The translations under genes were made by a program, and so were the position numbers. The notes beneath the pieces are model-generated. The model ran no database searches. It saw only the letters and a list, made by a program, of their open reading frames with translations, and was not told the origin of the DNA. From Bacteroidota bacterium (lineage in GTDB: Bacteria > Bacteroidota > Bacteroidia > Bacteroidales > JABHKC01), in NCBI GenBank assembly GCA_018692315.1, contig JABHKC010000248.1:2505-66504 (forward strand): 64,000 nucleotides of DNA, read 5' to 3'. This document shows, in pieces, positions 10,148-19,702 of the stretch. Within the stretch, counting starts at the first letter, position 1. Each line of letters starts with the position of its first letter.

Positions 10148-10384
10148 ATGTCAGACATTGCATCAAGAGTAAAAGCTTTAATAGTTGATAAATTAGGAGT
10201 AGATGAAAATGAAGTTATAGAAGAAGCTTCTTTTACAAACGATTTAGGTGCAGACTCACTTGATACTGTTGAGTTAATTATGGAATTTGAAAAAGAATTT
10301 GATATTACTATCCCAGACGATAAATCGGAAGGAATTGCAACTGTTGGTAATGCCATCAAATTCATTGAAGAAAATTCAAAATAG
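10148..10384 (+). CDS. acpP: acyl carrier protein
   Basis: 78 aa. [19 protein letters not shown] contains the phosphopantetheine-attachment DSLD motif. Confidence 0.97.
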   Translation: MSDIASRVKALIVDKLGVDENEVIEEASFTNDLGADSLDTVELIMEFEKEFDITIPDDKSEGIATVGNAIKFIEENSK

Positions 10385-10407
10385 GAAAATAAATAATTAT
10401 TGAGGAT

Positions 10408-11661
10408 ATGGAATTAAAACGAGTAGTAATAACAGGTTTAGGTGCATTATCAGCTTTAGGAAATAGCACTCAGGACTATTGGGATAGTCTGGCAAAAGGT
10501 GTCAGTGGTGCAGGACATATTACTCGTTTTGATGCCTCAAAATTCAAGACACAATTTGCTTGCGAAGTAAAAAATTTCGATCCAAAGGAATGGTTCGATA
10601 GAAAGCAATTAAAGAAACTTGATCTTTATTCGCAATTTGCATTGGTTGCCGCTGACGAAGCTGTCAAAGATGCAAATTTTGATTTCGATAAGTTAGATTT
10701 TGACCGAATGGGAGTAATTTGGGCTTCCGGTATAGGTGGAGTTGAAACTTTTTTTAAAGAAGTAGAAAGTTTCGTCAAAGGAAATGGAACACCAAGATTT
10801 AGTCCCTTTTTTATTCCCAAAATGATAGCAGATATTGCATCAGGACATATTTCGATGAAATATAATTTTAGAGGTCCGAATTTTACAACAGTTTCAGCAT
10901 GCGCCTCTTCATCAAATGCCATTATTGATGCCTTCAATTTAATCAGATTAGGTAAAGTAGATGCTTTTATTACCGGAGGATCCGAAGCGGCTATAAATGA
11001 AGTTGGAATGGGTGGTTTTAATGCCATGCACGCAATTTCTACAAGAAATGATGATTTTAAAACAGCATCGCGTCCCTTTGATAAAACCCGAGATGGATTT
11101 GTGATGGGCGAAGGAGGAGCTAGTTTAATTCTCGAAGAGCATGAACATGCGAAAAAAAGAGGAGCAAAAATTTATGCAGAGATGGTCGGAGGTGGAATGT
11201 CTGCCGATGCACATCATTTGACAGCTCCACATCCTGAAGGATTAGGTGCAAAAATGGTTATGAAAAATGCTATAGAAGATGCCGGAATTTCTCCTCAAGA
11301 CATTGATTATATTAATGTTCACGGAACTGCAACTCCATTAGGAGATATTGCTGAAACCCTGGCTATTAAATCAGTTTTTGAAGATTATGCTTATAAACTT
11401 AGCATCAGTTCTACAAAATCGATGACAGGGCACTTGCTCGGTGCTGCCGGTGCTATTGAAGCCTTAGCAGGATTAATGGCAATAAATCGTGATATTATTC
11501 CACCAACAATAAATTTCACAACTGAAGATCCAGAAATTGACTATAAACTTGACCTTACACTAAACGAAGCAAAAGAAAGAAAAGTGAATTATATAATGAG
11601 CAATACTTTTGGTTTTGGTGGTCATAATGCTTCAGTTATATTTAAGAAATATAAAAAGTAA
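10408..11661 (+). CDS. fabF: beta-ketoacyl-ACP synthase II
   Basis: 417 aa. Active-site Cys in VSACASSSNAI, HGTATPLGD, GHLLGAAG, C-terminal NTFGFGGHNAS. Directly follows acpP. Confidence 0.97.
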   Translation: MELKRVVITGLGALSALGNSTQDYWDSLAKGVSGAGHITRFDASKFKTQFACEVKNFDPKEWFDRKQLKKLDLYSQFALVAADEAVKDANFDFDKLDFDRMGVIWASGIGGVETFFKEVESFVKGNGTPRFSPFFIPKMIADIASGHISMKYNFRGPNFTTVSACASSSNAIIDAFNLIRLGKVDAFITGGSEAAINEVGMGGFNAMHAISTRNDDFKTASRPFDKTRDGFVMGEGGASLILEEHEHAKKRGAKIYAEMVGGGMSADAHHLTAPHPEGLGAKMVMKNAIEDAGISPQDIDYINVHGTATPLGDIAETLAIKSVFEDYAYKLSISSTKSMTGHLLGAAGAIEALAGLMAINRDIIPPTINFTTEDPEIDYKLDLTLNEAKERKVNYIMSNTFGFGGHNASVIFKKYKK

Positions 11662-11805
11662 TTTAATAACTTGATTGTATTGAAAGTAAGAAATTTCAAT
11701 ATGTAATAACCTATTCTAAAAGCTTTGTGAAATTTACTCACAGAGCTTTTAGTGTTTATAACAAAAAATATGAACAAATTCCAATTTGTTTATTTCATTC
11801 ACAAT

Positions 11806-12507
11806 ATGATTTCAGCAATTGAATTGCTGTTTAATCCAAAAAAGAGTATATATAAATCTCTAAGGAAAATTATAGGATTCTATCCTTCAAATATTGCAAT
11901 TTATGAAATTGCTTTCCTACATAGGTCAGCTTCGATAAAAGGCAAAAACGGAATTTTTATTAATAATGAAAGGCTTGAATATCTTGGAGATGCTGTTTTA
12001 GATGCTGTTATTGCAGAGTATTTGTTTTTTCGTTTCCCGGATGCCGATGAAGGTTTTTTAACTCAGATGAGATCGAAAATTGTAAAAAGAGAATTTCTTA
12101 ATGAATTAGCAATTGAATTAGGATTAGACAAATACGTTGTCTCCCATCTGAAATCAGAAAATAAAAATAAAAATATTTATGGTGATGCTTTGGAAGCATT
12201 TATTGGGGCTGTATTTATCGATAAAGGATATGAAAAATCAAAAAGATTTTTGTTGTTCAATGTAATTAATAAATATATTGATATAAACAAGCTAACTCAG
12301 ATTGACACAAATTATAAAAGTCAACTTATTGAGTGGGCTCAAAAATTCAAAAAAGAAATATCCTTCGAAACCGATATAGATGTCAGGCACCCAAACTTAT
12401 TCATTTCTTACGTCTTAATTGATAGAGAAGTTGTAAGTTCGGGTATGGGACCTTCAAAAAAAGAAGCTGAACAAGGTGCTGCAAAACTGGCATTGAATAA
12501 TGTTTGA
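11806..12507 (+). CDS. rnc: ribonuclease III
   Basis: RNase III signature NERLEYLGDAVLD, then GDALEAFIGAVF, and a C-terminal dsRBD (YKSQLIEWAQKF...GPSKKEAEQGAAKLAL). The ORF is open from a GTG at 11752; ATGs at 11770 and 11806 are more plausible starts. Confidence 0.9.
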   Translation: MISAIELLFNPKKSIYKSLRKIIGFYPSNIAIYEIAFLHRSASIKGKNGIFINNERLEYLGDAVLDAVIAEYLFFRFPDADEGFLTQMRSKIVKREFLNELAIELGLDKYVVSHLKSENKNKNIYGDALEAFIGAVFIDKGYEKSKRFLLFNVINKYIDINKLTQIDTNYKSQLIEWAQKFKKEISFETDIDVRHPNLFISYVLIDREVVSSGMGPSKKEAEQGAAKLALNNV

Positions 12508-12589
12508 TTTTGAAATATTATTACCAGAAGCAAAAACTTGATAAAGAATAAATTATTGGCTGAAAATTCTTAACGAAACTGACAATTGG

Positions 12590-14227
12590 TTACCGTATTA
12601 GCGTAACATGTCCGCCTTTTTCAAAAGCCTTATTGTCAAATGCTGAAGTGTATTTTATAAAATAAATATATGTGCCTCTCGGTGCCATTTCATTATTTAT
12701 AGTTCCATCCCAGCCTTCGAATGTATTTTTTGTTTGAAAAATTAACTCTCCCCAACGATTGTATATTTCGAACGAATAATTGTTCAAATCTGTGAATAAT
12801 ACGCGAGGTAGAAATATATCGTTTAATCCATCATAGTCAGGAGTAAAGGCGTTTGGAACTGATATCCTTGATTGCAAAGTAGCACATGACCAATTTGAAC
12901 TACTCTCTCCCTGAAATTCAATATTCTCGCCATTGGCATAAACTGTGTGTAGGTTTTCAACAGCTTTAACTTGGTAACAAAATTTTCCTGATTGCTCAGG
13001 ATATCTCCAATACGACTGTATGTTTTCAATATCTAGAAGCCCACCATCAGGTATGTTCGGATAATTATAAATAATATTTTCGACTTTATCGATAAACGAA
13101 ACATCGCCATCATAAAAATAGTCGTATATGTCGATAACTTGACCATTTTTAACAATATCTACAATTGTATCTAAATATTCGCCATCTATGGTTCTAATTA
13201 TTTCATACTCTTTGGTTTGACCTATCCAATCTTCAACGCTATTCCAGTCTAAATCGACTGAAAGGTCAATATTCGATGTAGTATTTAGAACTATATTGTT
13301 TACGATATTTGATTCCTCTATTTCTACATTACAAGTGTTTATTGCAATTAGTTTATAGTAGTATATTTCAGATTCGGTATTTATGTAATCTGTATGCGAT
13401 AGGCGATTAAATACAGTACCATCAAAAGGAAATACCTTTATTGTATCATAAAAACCATGAAAACTATTTGAGCGAGCCAGACAATGCTTAATAATATCTG
13501 CATTTAAATCAATATAGAATGACAGTTTTACTATGTTATTCCCAGAAACTGTTGCATACTCTGCATTCAAAACTTCCGGAGGTCTTGGCATATCTGTATA
13601 AATCTCTATGATGTTAGATTTTGAAGTTTTTGATTGGTCATCATTGATTGCCCGAACAAAATATTTGTAAGTTATTGAAGGATCTAAATGAGAATGAATA
13701 AACGAAGTTTGCGTACCTTCAATTAAACTTAATAAAGTATATGGAGCCGAACCTCTTTTTACAAAAATCTGATATTCTTTAACTCCATTGTCCCAATTTA
13801 TATATTCATTCCACGACAATCTGGTTTTGGCATAACAAGGTTCAAAATAGTATTGTAAAAACATTGTATTATGTGGGGCACTCATTTCTGCAACATTATC
13901 AGAATTATCGAAAGGAGCAACAAAATATGTTTCAGATTGAGTGTCGGTGCTTGGTGCTGGTGGTTTAGTCCAGTTGTGCAACAAAGTTATTGTTGAACCA
14001 TTCGGAATAGTATCTATTGGCACTTTTGCAGCATCAATAAGCAAATATATATAATATCCGTCAACATCTAAAGATGTACACATTTCCCAGCTAATTCTCA
14101 CCATATCTGTTGTAAGTACGCTTACAGAATCAATTTCAACAGGCTCGGGAGGTGTTGTATCTTGCGAAAAACTTATATTAAAAGCAAAATATATTACAAG
14201 TAGTATTAATAAAAATTTTTTTAGCAT
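12590..14227 (-). CDS. secreted multi-domain (Fn3/Ig-like) protein with gliding-motility C-terminal (T9SS type B) sorting domain
   Basis: Signal peptide MLKKFLLILLVIYFAFNISFSQ. The C-terminal ~90 aa (VPNAFTPDYDGLNDIFLP...FEIYNRWGELIF...GWDG...GTYIYFIKY) is the CHU_C/T9SS type-B motif. Confidence 0.8.
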   Translation of the reverse strand: MLKKFLLILLVIYFAFNISFSQDTTPPEPVEIDSVSVLTTDMVRISWEMCTSLDVDGYYIYLLIDAAKVPIDTIPNGSTITLLHNWTKPPAPSTDTQSETYFVAPFDNSDNVAEMSAPHNTMFLQYYFEPCYAKTRLSWNEYINWDNGVKEYQIFVKRGSAPYTLLSLIEGTQTSFIHSHLDPSITYKYFVRAINDDQSKTSKSNIIEIYTDMPRPPEVLNAEYATVSGNNIVKLSFYIDLNADIIKHCLARSNSFHGFYDTIKVFPFDGTVFNRLSHTDYINTESEIYYYKLIAINTCNVEIEESNIVNNIVLNTTSNIDLSVDLDWNSVEDWIGQTKEYEIIRTIDGEYLDTIVDIVKNGQVIDIYDYFYDGDVSFIDKVENIIYNYPNIPDGGLLDIENIQSYWRYPEQSGKFCYQVKAVENLHTVYANGENIEFQGESSSNWSCATLQSRISVPNAFTPDYDGLNDIFLPRVLFTDLNNYSFEIYNRWGELIFQTKNTFEGWDGTINNEMAPRGTYIYFIKYTSAFDNKAFEKGGHVTLIR

Positions 14228-14434
14228 CTTATAATATCAAATTAATATTCAGTTGCTTATACTAAATAAAACCAAAAAAAAACTAAATTATTTTACAATA
14301 TTTTTTTCAAAACAAAAAAACAAATTTAATAAAATATTCTAACTGAAATATTTTCGATAAAAACTTTTTGGCTTTCGTAGTTTAATCTATTAGAAGCAAC
14401 TATCATATTCTAAAGTTTAATACTTTCGCACTTA

Positions 14435-14593
14435 GGCTTTGCTACGAAATAAATTGACCAAAACCAGCGAAGTTATTTTGTGCGATAACAAGGCAAAAAA
14501 CACAGGCATAGCCATAGCTACGGCGAGTATTTTTAACGAAGTTTGCGTGCAAAAGAGCAAGCTTGAATGGTCAAGTTATTTCTTAGCAATGCC
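14435..14593 (+). ncRNA. candidate structured small RNA: long irregular hairpin with a large internal bubble (6S-like architecture)
   Basis: A 26-bp basal helix (14435-14460 with 14568-14593) has only 3 mismatches. It is followed by a 15/13-nt internal loop and a 9-bp helix (14476-14484 with 14546-14554). That second helix contains two G-U wobbles, which pair only if the + strand is transcribed. A near-consensus -7 box TACTTTCG lies at 14421-14428. The element sits antisense-oriented in a 410-bp gap between two minus-strand genes. Confidence 0.35.
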
Positions 14594-14638
14594 TTTGAGT
14601 GAAACTTCTAACATCTTATCCTAAAATTTGCAAAAATC

Positions 14639-15925
14639 TCAATAACGATTACCAACAATCACCTCATACATTTTATCTGCAACAAGATATTTTGTAGCAA
14701 TTTTATTAAGTTCTAATGGTGTGATAGATTTTATTTGTTCAACATATTTCTCGTAATAATTGCTATTTAGTTTAAAATCAAGTATTAACCTATAGCTGTC
14801 TGCCAAGGCAAAAGCACCATCGAAATTACGCATCAAATCGCCGAGGATATAGTTTTTTACAGTGTCAAGTTCGTTTGGCTTAACCAAATCTTGCTTCAGT
14901 TTTTCAATCTCAAAATATATTTCGTTTACAGCCTTCTTGCAATATTCAGTAGCAGTTTCGGCAACAATTACAAAAAATCCAGAATTTTGTAATGGAACTA
15001 AAACAGAGCCAATTCCATATGTATATCCCTTTTCTTCGCGAATATTTTTCATCAGTCTCGATCCAAAATATCCACCAAAAAGTACATTCAAAATTTTCAT
15101 AGATTGAAAATCTATATGTTGTTCGTTAATGCACAATTTCCCAATGCGAATGGCAGATTGAATTGAATTTTCTTTTAGGACGAAATGTTTTTTTTCGAGC
15201 GATGAATTTATTGAAACGTTCTTTTCTACCGGCATTACGGTTTTGTCCCACGAACTCTGCCCAAACAATTTGTTAAGCAGAGATAAAATATTTTTATCGA
15301 ATTTGCCGGAAATAATAATATCACAATTTTTAGAATTATAATGTTGTCCGTAAAATTCACGAATTTGTTGTAGTTCCAAATTGTCAAAATCTTCAACAAC
15401 AGTTTTTCTACCGTATGGACAATTTTCGCTGAAAATTACTTCCTGAAATTTTTTATGAGCCAGACTTTTAGCCTTTGAGTTTTCTACAATAAAAGATTGC
15501 TTTCGTTTTTTTAGATAAATTTCAAATTCATTTGCTGGAAAAATTGGATTCAAAATAATATCAGCAAAAATATTTAGAGTTTCCTCCATGTATTTTGATA
15601 AGGAATATAAAGTAACTATAGCTTTGTCGTGCTCAACATTATAGGTCAAATAGGCACCATAGTAATCAAGTTTTTCGGCGATTTGAAAAGAACTTAAATT
15701 TTTAGTGCCTTCATTTAGCATTGAAATTGTAGCTGACGAAACCAAATTTTTTTCTTGATACCAAACTCCTGCATTAAAAATAAAATCTATCTTAATAACA
15801 TCTTGAATGCCAGCATTGAAAGCATACAATGGAATGTTGTTGTCTAATGTAATTCTGTCTGGTTTAATAAAATTGATTTTGTTGTTGGTAGCAATTGGAA
15901 CTTGCTTTTTTCTGTTCAACTTCAT
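14639..15925 (-). CDS. M16 (insulinase/pitrilysin) family protein, apparently non-catalytic subunit type
   Basis: 428 aa with the M16 two-lobe layout. Where active M16 enzymes carry HxxEH...KGT, this protein reads SSATISMLNEGTKN by manual alignment, so the zinc ligands appear to be missing. Confidence 0.75.
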   Translation of the reverse strand: MKLNRKKQVPIATNNKINFIKPDRITLDNNIPLYAFNAGIQDVIKIDFIFNAGVWYQEKNLVSSATISMLNEGTKNLSSFQIAEKLDYYGAYLTYNVEHDKAIVTLYSLSKYMEETLNIFADIILNPIFPANEFEIYLKKRKQSFIVENSKAKSLAHKKFQEVIFSENCPYGRKTVVEDFDNLELQQIREFYGQHYNSKNCDIIISGKFDKNILSLLNKLFGQSSWDKTVMPVEKNVSINSSLEKKHFVLKENSIQSAIRIGKLCINEQHIDFQSMKILNVLFGGYFGSRLMKNIREEKGYTYGIGSVLVPLQNSGFFVIVAETATEYCKKAVNEIYFEIEKLKQDLVKPNELDTVKNYILGDLMRNFDGAFALADSYRLILDFKLNSNYYEKYVEQIKSITPLELNKIATKYLVADKMYEVIVGNRY

Positions 15926-16006
15926 ATGGTTCTGTCTAATATTATTGAAATATATTCATGTTTGTACAATAAAATTTAGAACAAATCTACAAAAGTTTCG
16001 TTTCCA

Positions 16007-18457
16007 ATGAAATTGAAATTAGTATTTTCGTATATGGCTGTAAAACAAACGAATATAATTATTTTCATTGTGCTAATGATTATTTCTTCATTCAGTAATC
16101 TATTTTGCCAAAATTCGGTTCAAGGAAAAATTGTCGATTTAGATACAGAAGAAACTTTGGCATTCGTAAATATCATTGCAAACAATAATCCGCAATTTGG
16201 CACAAGTTCTGATATTGATGGATTATTTTCGATTTCTCTGAAAGAAAAAATAGATACCATCACTTTAAGTTATGTTGGATACAAAAAACTAACAATTGAT
16301 TTAAAAAATAAAAATCTGAAGAAACTTCTAGTTTTTAAATTAGAGAAAAGTAATTTTCAGATTGATGAAATTGTGGTGAAAGCCGGTGAGAATCCTGCGA
16401 ATAGGATTATCAGAAATGCTATAAAAAACAGAAAACTAAACAATCCTGAAAATATTTCTTCTTTTAAATATTCATCCTACAATAAAACCACTTTCGATTT
16501 TGTTGTGAATGATGCAAAGCAAAATGATAGCTTGAAGATAAATCTTAATAAATTTCTACGAGGTGGCTATTTTTTGATAATGGAATCTGTTTCAGAAAGA
16601 AAATATTTAAAACCTGACAGAAACGAAGAAATTATCACCGGAACAAAAGTCTCAGGATTTAAACATCCGAGTTTTGCTACTCTCGCAACCGATTTTCAGC
16701 CATTTTCATTTTACAAAAGTTTAATAGAAATTTTAGATATTAGTTATTTAAATCCAATTTCTGTTGGAAGTCTAAAAAAATACTATTTTTCTATTGAAGA
16801 TACTCTTATTCAGAATATTGACACTTGTTTTGTTATTTCTTTCAAACCACTTCCAAATAAAAATTTTGAAGCTCTAACCGGATTATTATATGTCAATTCG
16901 AAAAAATTTGCAATTCAGAATATCAAAGCAGAGCCATTCGAAAAGGGGCTAATTAATATTAAAATTCAGCAAAAATATAAGCTAATTGATGGCGAATATT
17001 GGTTTCCCGAGCAGTTAAATTTTGATATGCTAATAAAAAACTATCCAAGCAAAAAAGTTGGAACCATGGCACGAGGAAAAAGTTATATCAAAAATGTAGA
17101 GCTTTTTGCGGAAATTCAACTTAAAAATTTATCTGTGGAATCGCTTAGTTTGCACGAAAAGGCAAATCAAAGGGATACTATCTTTTGGAATAATCATAGG
17201 GTTTTTCCTTTAAATGAGCGTGAGCTAATTACTTATCATACAATCGATAGTGTTGGAAAAGAAAACAAATTTGATGCAATGTTGGCTTTCATTGAGAAAA
17301 TTTCATTCAATAAAATTCCGATTTCACTTATTGATATTGATATTCAAAAAACATTTGTTTACAATAAATTCGAGGGCTACAGATTAGGAATTGGAGCTTA
17401 TACCAATGAAAAACTATTTAATAATTTTTCGATCGGAGGATTTTTTGGTTATGGAACCAAAGACCATCAATGGAAATATGGAGGAGAATTAATTTGGAAC
17501 ATCGACAGAAAAAATGAATTTGAGTTTCGTGCAAAATACGAAAATACATTATCAGAGTCTGGCGAATTGGGTTATAAATATTATAACTCATTGTATTATA
17601 ATGTTCGCGATTATCTTTCTGTGAAAATGGATAGAAAAATTCAAGAAAGTATTTCGCTGAGTTTTAGGGCACTAAGATTTGCTAAAATTCGCATTTCATT
17701 TGGAATAAAAGAATTTCAACCGCAATATGACTATGGATTTGGAATTGACTCAAATTCTTACTTAAGCAATTATAATATAAGCGATTTGACAATTAATTTG
17801 CGATATGCTTTCAGAGAAAAAATTGTAAATTCTTTTAAGCAAAGGATTAGTATGGGGACAAAATTTCCAATATTATATCTGACATATACTAAAGGGATTA
17901 AAGATGTTTTAAGAAGTGAATTCGATTACAATAAATTGGAAATTGCAATCGAAAAAACTATTGTTTCAAAAAACATTGGAAAAACATATTTGAGATTTGA
18001 AAGTGGATTCATCGACAGAACCATACCATTTGGTTTGCTCTTTTCGGCTGAAGGTAGTTTCAGTAAAGATCTTCCTGTTTTGGTCAAAAATTCATTCCAA
18101 ACTATTAGACCAAACGAGTTTTTATCCGACAAATATTTGAATTTTTACTTTTCTCACAATTTTGGCTCTTTATTGTTCAAAACCAGCAATTTCAAGCCGC
18201 AACTTTCGCTACACCAAAATTATGGATTAGGATATTTGTCGAATCCCGAATTTCATAGTCTTGTTGAGTTCGATACAAAAGAAAATGGATATTTCGAATC
18301 GGGAATCCAAATTGATAATTTGATAAAACTCAATTATTTCGACATCGCATATTTGGGTTTCGGAGCCGCTGTCTTTTATCGTTACGGATATTACTCGTTC
18401 GACAAAATAGCAGACAATTTTGCTTTCAAGCTTTCAATTACATTATCTACAAACTAA
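16007..18457 (+). CDS. CarboxypepD_reg-like + DUF5686-like outer-membrane protein (paralog 2 of 3)
   Basis: Signal segment, then VQGKIVDLDTEETLAFVNIIANNNPQFGTSSDIDGLFSI...LSYVGYK, then ENPANRIIRNAIKNRKLNNPE and a long beta-rich C-terminal region. Same layout as the ORFs at 3185 and 29284. Confidence 0.7.
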   Translation: MKLKLVFSYMAVKQTNIIIFIVLMIISSFSNLFCQNSVQGKIVDLDTEETLAFVNIIANNNPQFGTSSDIDGLFSISLKEKIDTITLSYVGYKKLTIDLKNKNLKKLLVFKLEKSNFQIDEIVVKAGENPANRIIRNAIKNRKLNNPENISSFKYSSYNKTTFDFVVNDAKQNDSLKINLNKFLRGGYFLIMESVSERKYLKPDRNEEIITGTKVSGFKHPSFATLATDFQPFSFYKSLIEILDISYLNPISVGSLKKYYFSIEDTLIQNIDTCFVISFKPLPNKNFEALTGLLYVNSKKFAIQNIKAEPFEKGLINIKIQQKYKLIDGEYWFPEQLNFDMLIKNYPSKKVGTMARGKSYIKNVELFAEIQLKNLSVESLSLHEKANQRDTIFWNNHRVFPLNERELITYHTIDSVGKENKFDAMLAFIEKISFNKIPISLIDIDIQKTFVYNKFEGYRLGIGAYTNEKLFNNFSIGGFFGYGTKDHQWKYGGELIWNIDRKNEFEFRAKYENTLSESGELGYKYYNSLYYNVRDYLSVKMDRKIQESISLSFRALRFAKIRISFGIKEFQPQYDYGFGIDSNSYLSNYNISDLTINLRYAFREKIVNSFKQRISMGTKFPILYLTYTKGIKDVLRSEFDYNKLEIAIEKTIVSKNIGKTYLRFESGFIDRTIPFGLLFSAEGSFSKDLPVLVKNSFQTIRPNEFLSDKYLNFYFSHNFGSLLFKTSNFKPQLSLHQNYGLGYLSNPEFHSLVEFDTKENGYFESGIQIDNLIKLNYFDIAYLGFGAAVFYRYGYYSFDKIADNFAFKLSITLSTN

Positions 18458-18500
18458 GTTCATTGAACTATGCTGAAGAGTTTTAAAAGACAATTCGATA

Positions 18501-19007
18501 TTATAAATTTACCTTCAAGAAGTCAATAATTATCTCATCGAATTTTTCGCGAGACATTAGCCCCTTTGCCATCTGCGGTTTTCCTTTGGCAGGAATGAAT
18601 AAAAATGCCGGAATACTTGAAGTTTGAAATACGCTTGCCAATTCTTTTTCGTGCTGAACATCAACTTTATACACTTTTAGTTTGCCATCGTAGTCTTTAT
18701 TTATTTGAGCAAGGGTAGGAGCAACCATTTTGCATGGCTTACACCAATCTGCATAAAAATCAATTATTGCAGGAACTTCTCCTTTGTAGATCCATTCCTC
18801 GTTTTTTTCATAATCGAAAACTTTCTCTTTGAAAGTTTTGCTTGTTAGATGTTCAATTTTTGTTTCGGTATTTGTTTCCTTTTTGGCTTTAATTGCTGTT
18901 TCTGTTTGTGCTATTTTTTTTGTTTGCACTTTTTCATCGCTGTTTGTTTGCGAGCAAGCTGATAACCAAAATGTTGCAATCAATATGATAATTATTGTCT
19001 TTTTCAT
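18501..19007 (-). CDS. thioredoxin-fold lipoprotein with WCKPC active site
   Basis: Lipobox LSAC, a ~50-aa K/E/T-rich linker, then a thioredoxin domain FYADWCKPCKMVAP...SIPAFLF. Clear paralog of the adjacent cytoplasmic thioredoxin. Confidence 0.85.
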   Translation of the reverse strand: MKKTIIIILIATFWLSACSQTNSDEKVQTKKIAQTETAIKAKKETNTETKIEHLTSKTFKEKVFDYEKNEEWIYKGEVPAIIDFYADWCKPCKMVAPTLAQINKDYDGKLKVYKVDVQHEKELASVFQTSSIPAFLFIPAKGKPQMAKGLMSREKFDEIIIDFLKVNL

Positions 19008-19046
19008 GTTATTAAATTTACAATGTTATAAAATGTGCGTGTAGCT

Positions 19047-19103
19047 AAAAAAAGGAAATCAGAAATTAATAGATAGAATTTTGTATGCATTTTCCTGATT
19101 TCC
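19047..19103 (-). terminator. putative terminator after the thioredoxin gene at 19175-19549
   Basis: On the minus strand, GGAAATCAG (complement of 19095-19103) pairs with CTGATTTCC (complement of 19054-19062), followed by a run of seven T. The loop is long (~32 nt), so this is not a textbook terminator. Confidence 0.35.
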
Positions 19104-19174
19104 ATAAGTACCTTCTGATACTTGCAAAATTAGTTCAGGCTAATATTTGTAAATCATTTCTACAAATCCAATTA

Positions 19175-19549
19175 CTAATTTAGACTTGGCTCAATAACTT
19201 TCAAAACTTCAGCAAAAGCTTTTTTGAATGAATCTTTTGGTAATGCTCCCTGTGCCATTTGAGGCTGGCCTTCTTTTGGCACAAAAAGAATTGAAGGAAT
19301 ACTTTGAATCCCAAACATCCCGGCTAATTCTCTTTCTACTTCAGTATTCACCTTAAATATATTAAGCGTTGTTCCATATTCTTCTTGTAATTCTTCGAGA
19401 ACAGGAGCTACCATTTTGCAAGGTCCACACCAATCTGCGTAAAAATCAATTACACAAGGGACTTCGCCTTCAAATTTCCAATCTTTATTTTCTTCAAAAT
19501 TAAATACCTTTTCTTTAAATGTTTCTTTTGTTAAATGTTCTAATGCCAT
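19175..19549 (-). CDS. thioredoxin
   Basis: 124 aa, no signal peptide, canonical WCGPC active site (FYADWCGPCKMVAP), SIPSILF. Confidence 0.9.
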   Translation of the reverse strand: MALEHLTKETFKEKVFNFEENKDWKFEGEVPCVIDFYADWCGPCKMVAPVLEELQEEYGTTLNIFKVNTEVERELAGMFGIQSIPSILFVPKEGQPQMAQGALPKDSFKKAFAEVLKVIEPSLN

Positions 19550-19702
19550 CGTTTTATTTATTAAAATTACAAATTCATTATTTAAAATCTTGCTGCCTTA
19601 ATCAAAACAAATACCAAAGTATAAAATCGTGAGTTTCTTCAGTATTTTTTCAATTTATTGTAATTTTGTCATCTTTATAACAACATATTGTCATATGTAC
19701 AT

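Noticed and set aside
14439-14624. 61-aa ORF (TTG start) in the gap between two minus-strand genes
   Set aside because: It coincides exactly with the long hairpin at 14435-14593, has no ATG start and has no recognisable protein features. It is better explained as a structured RNA or repeat.
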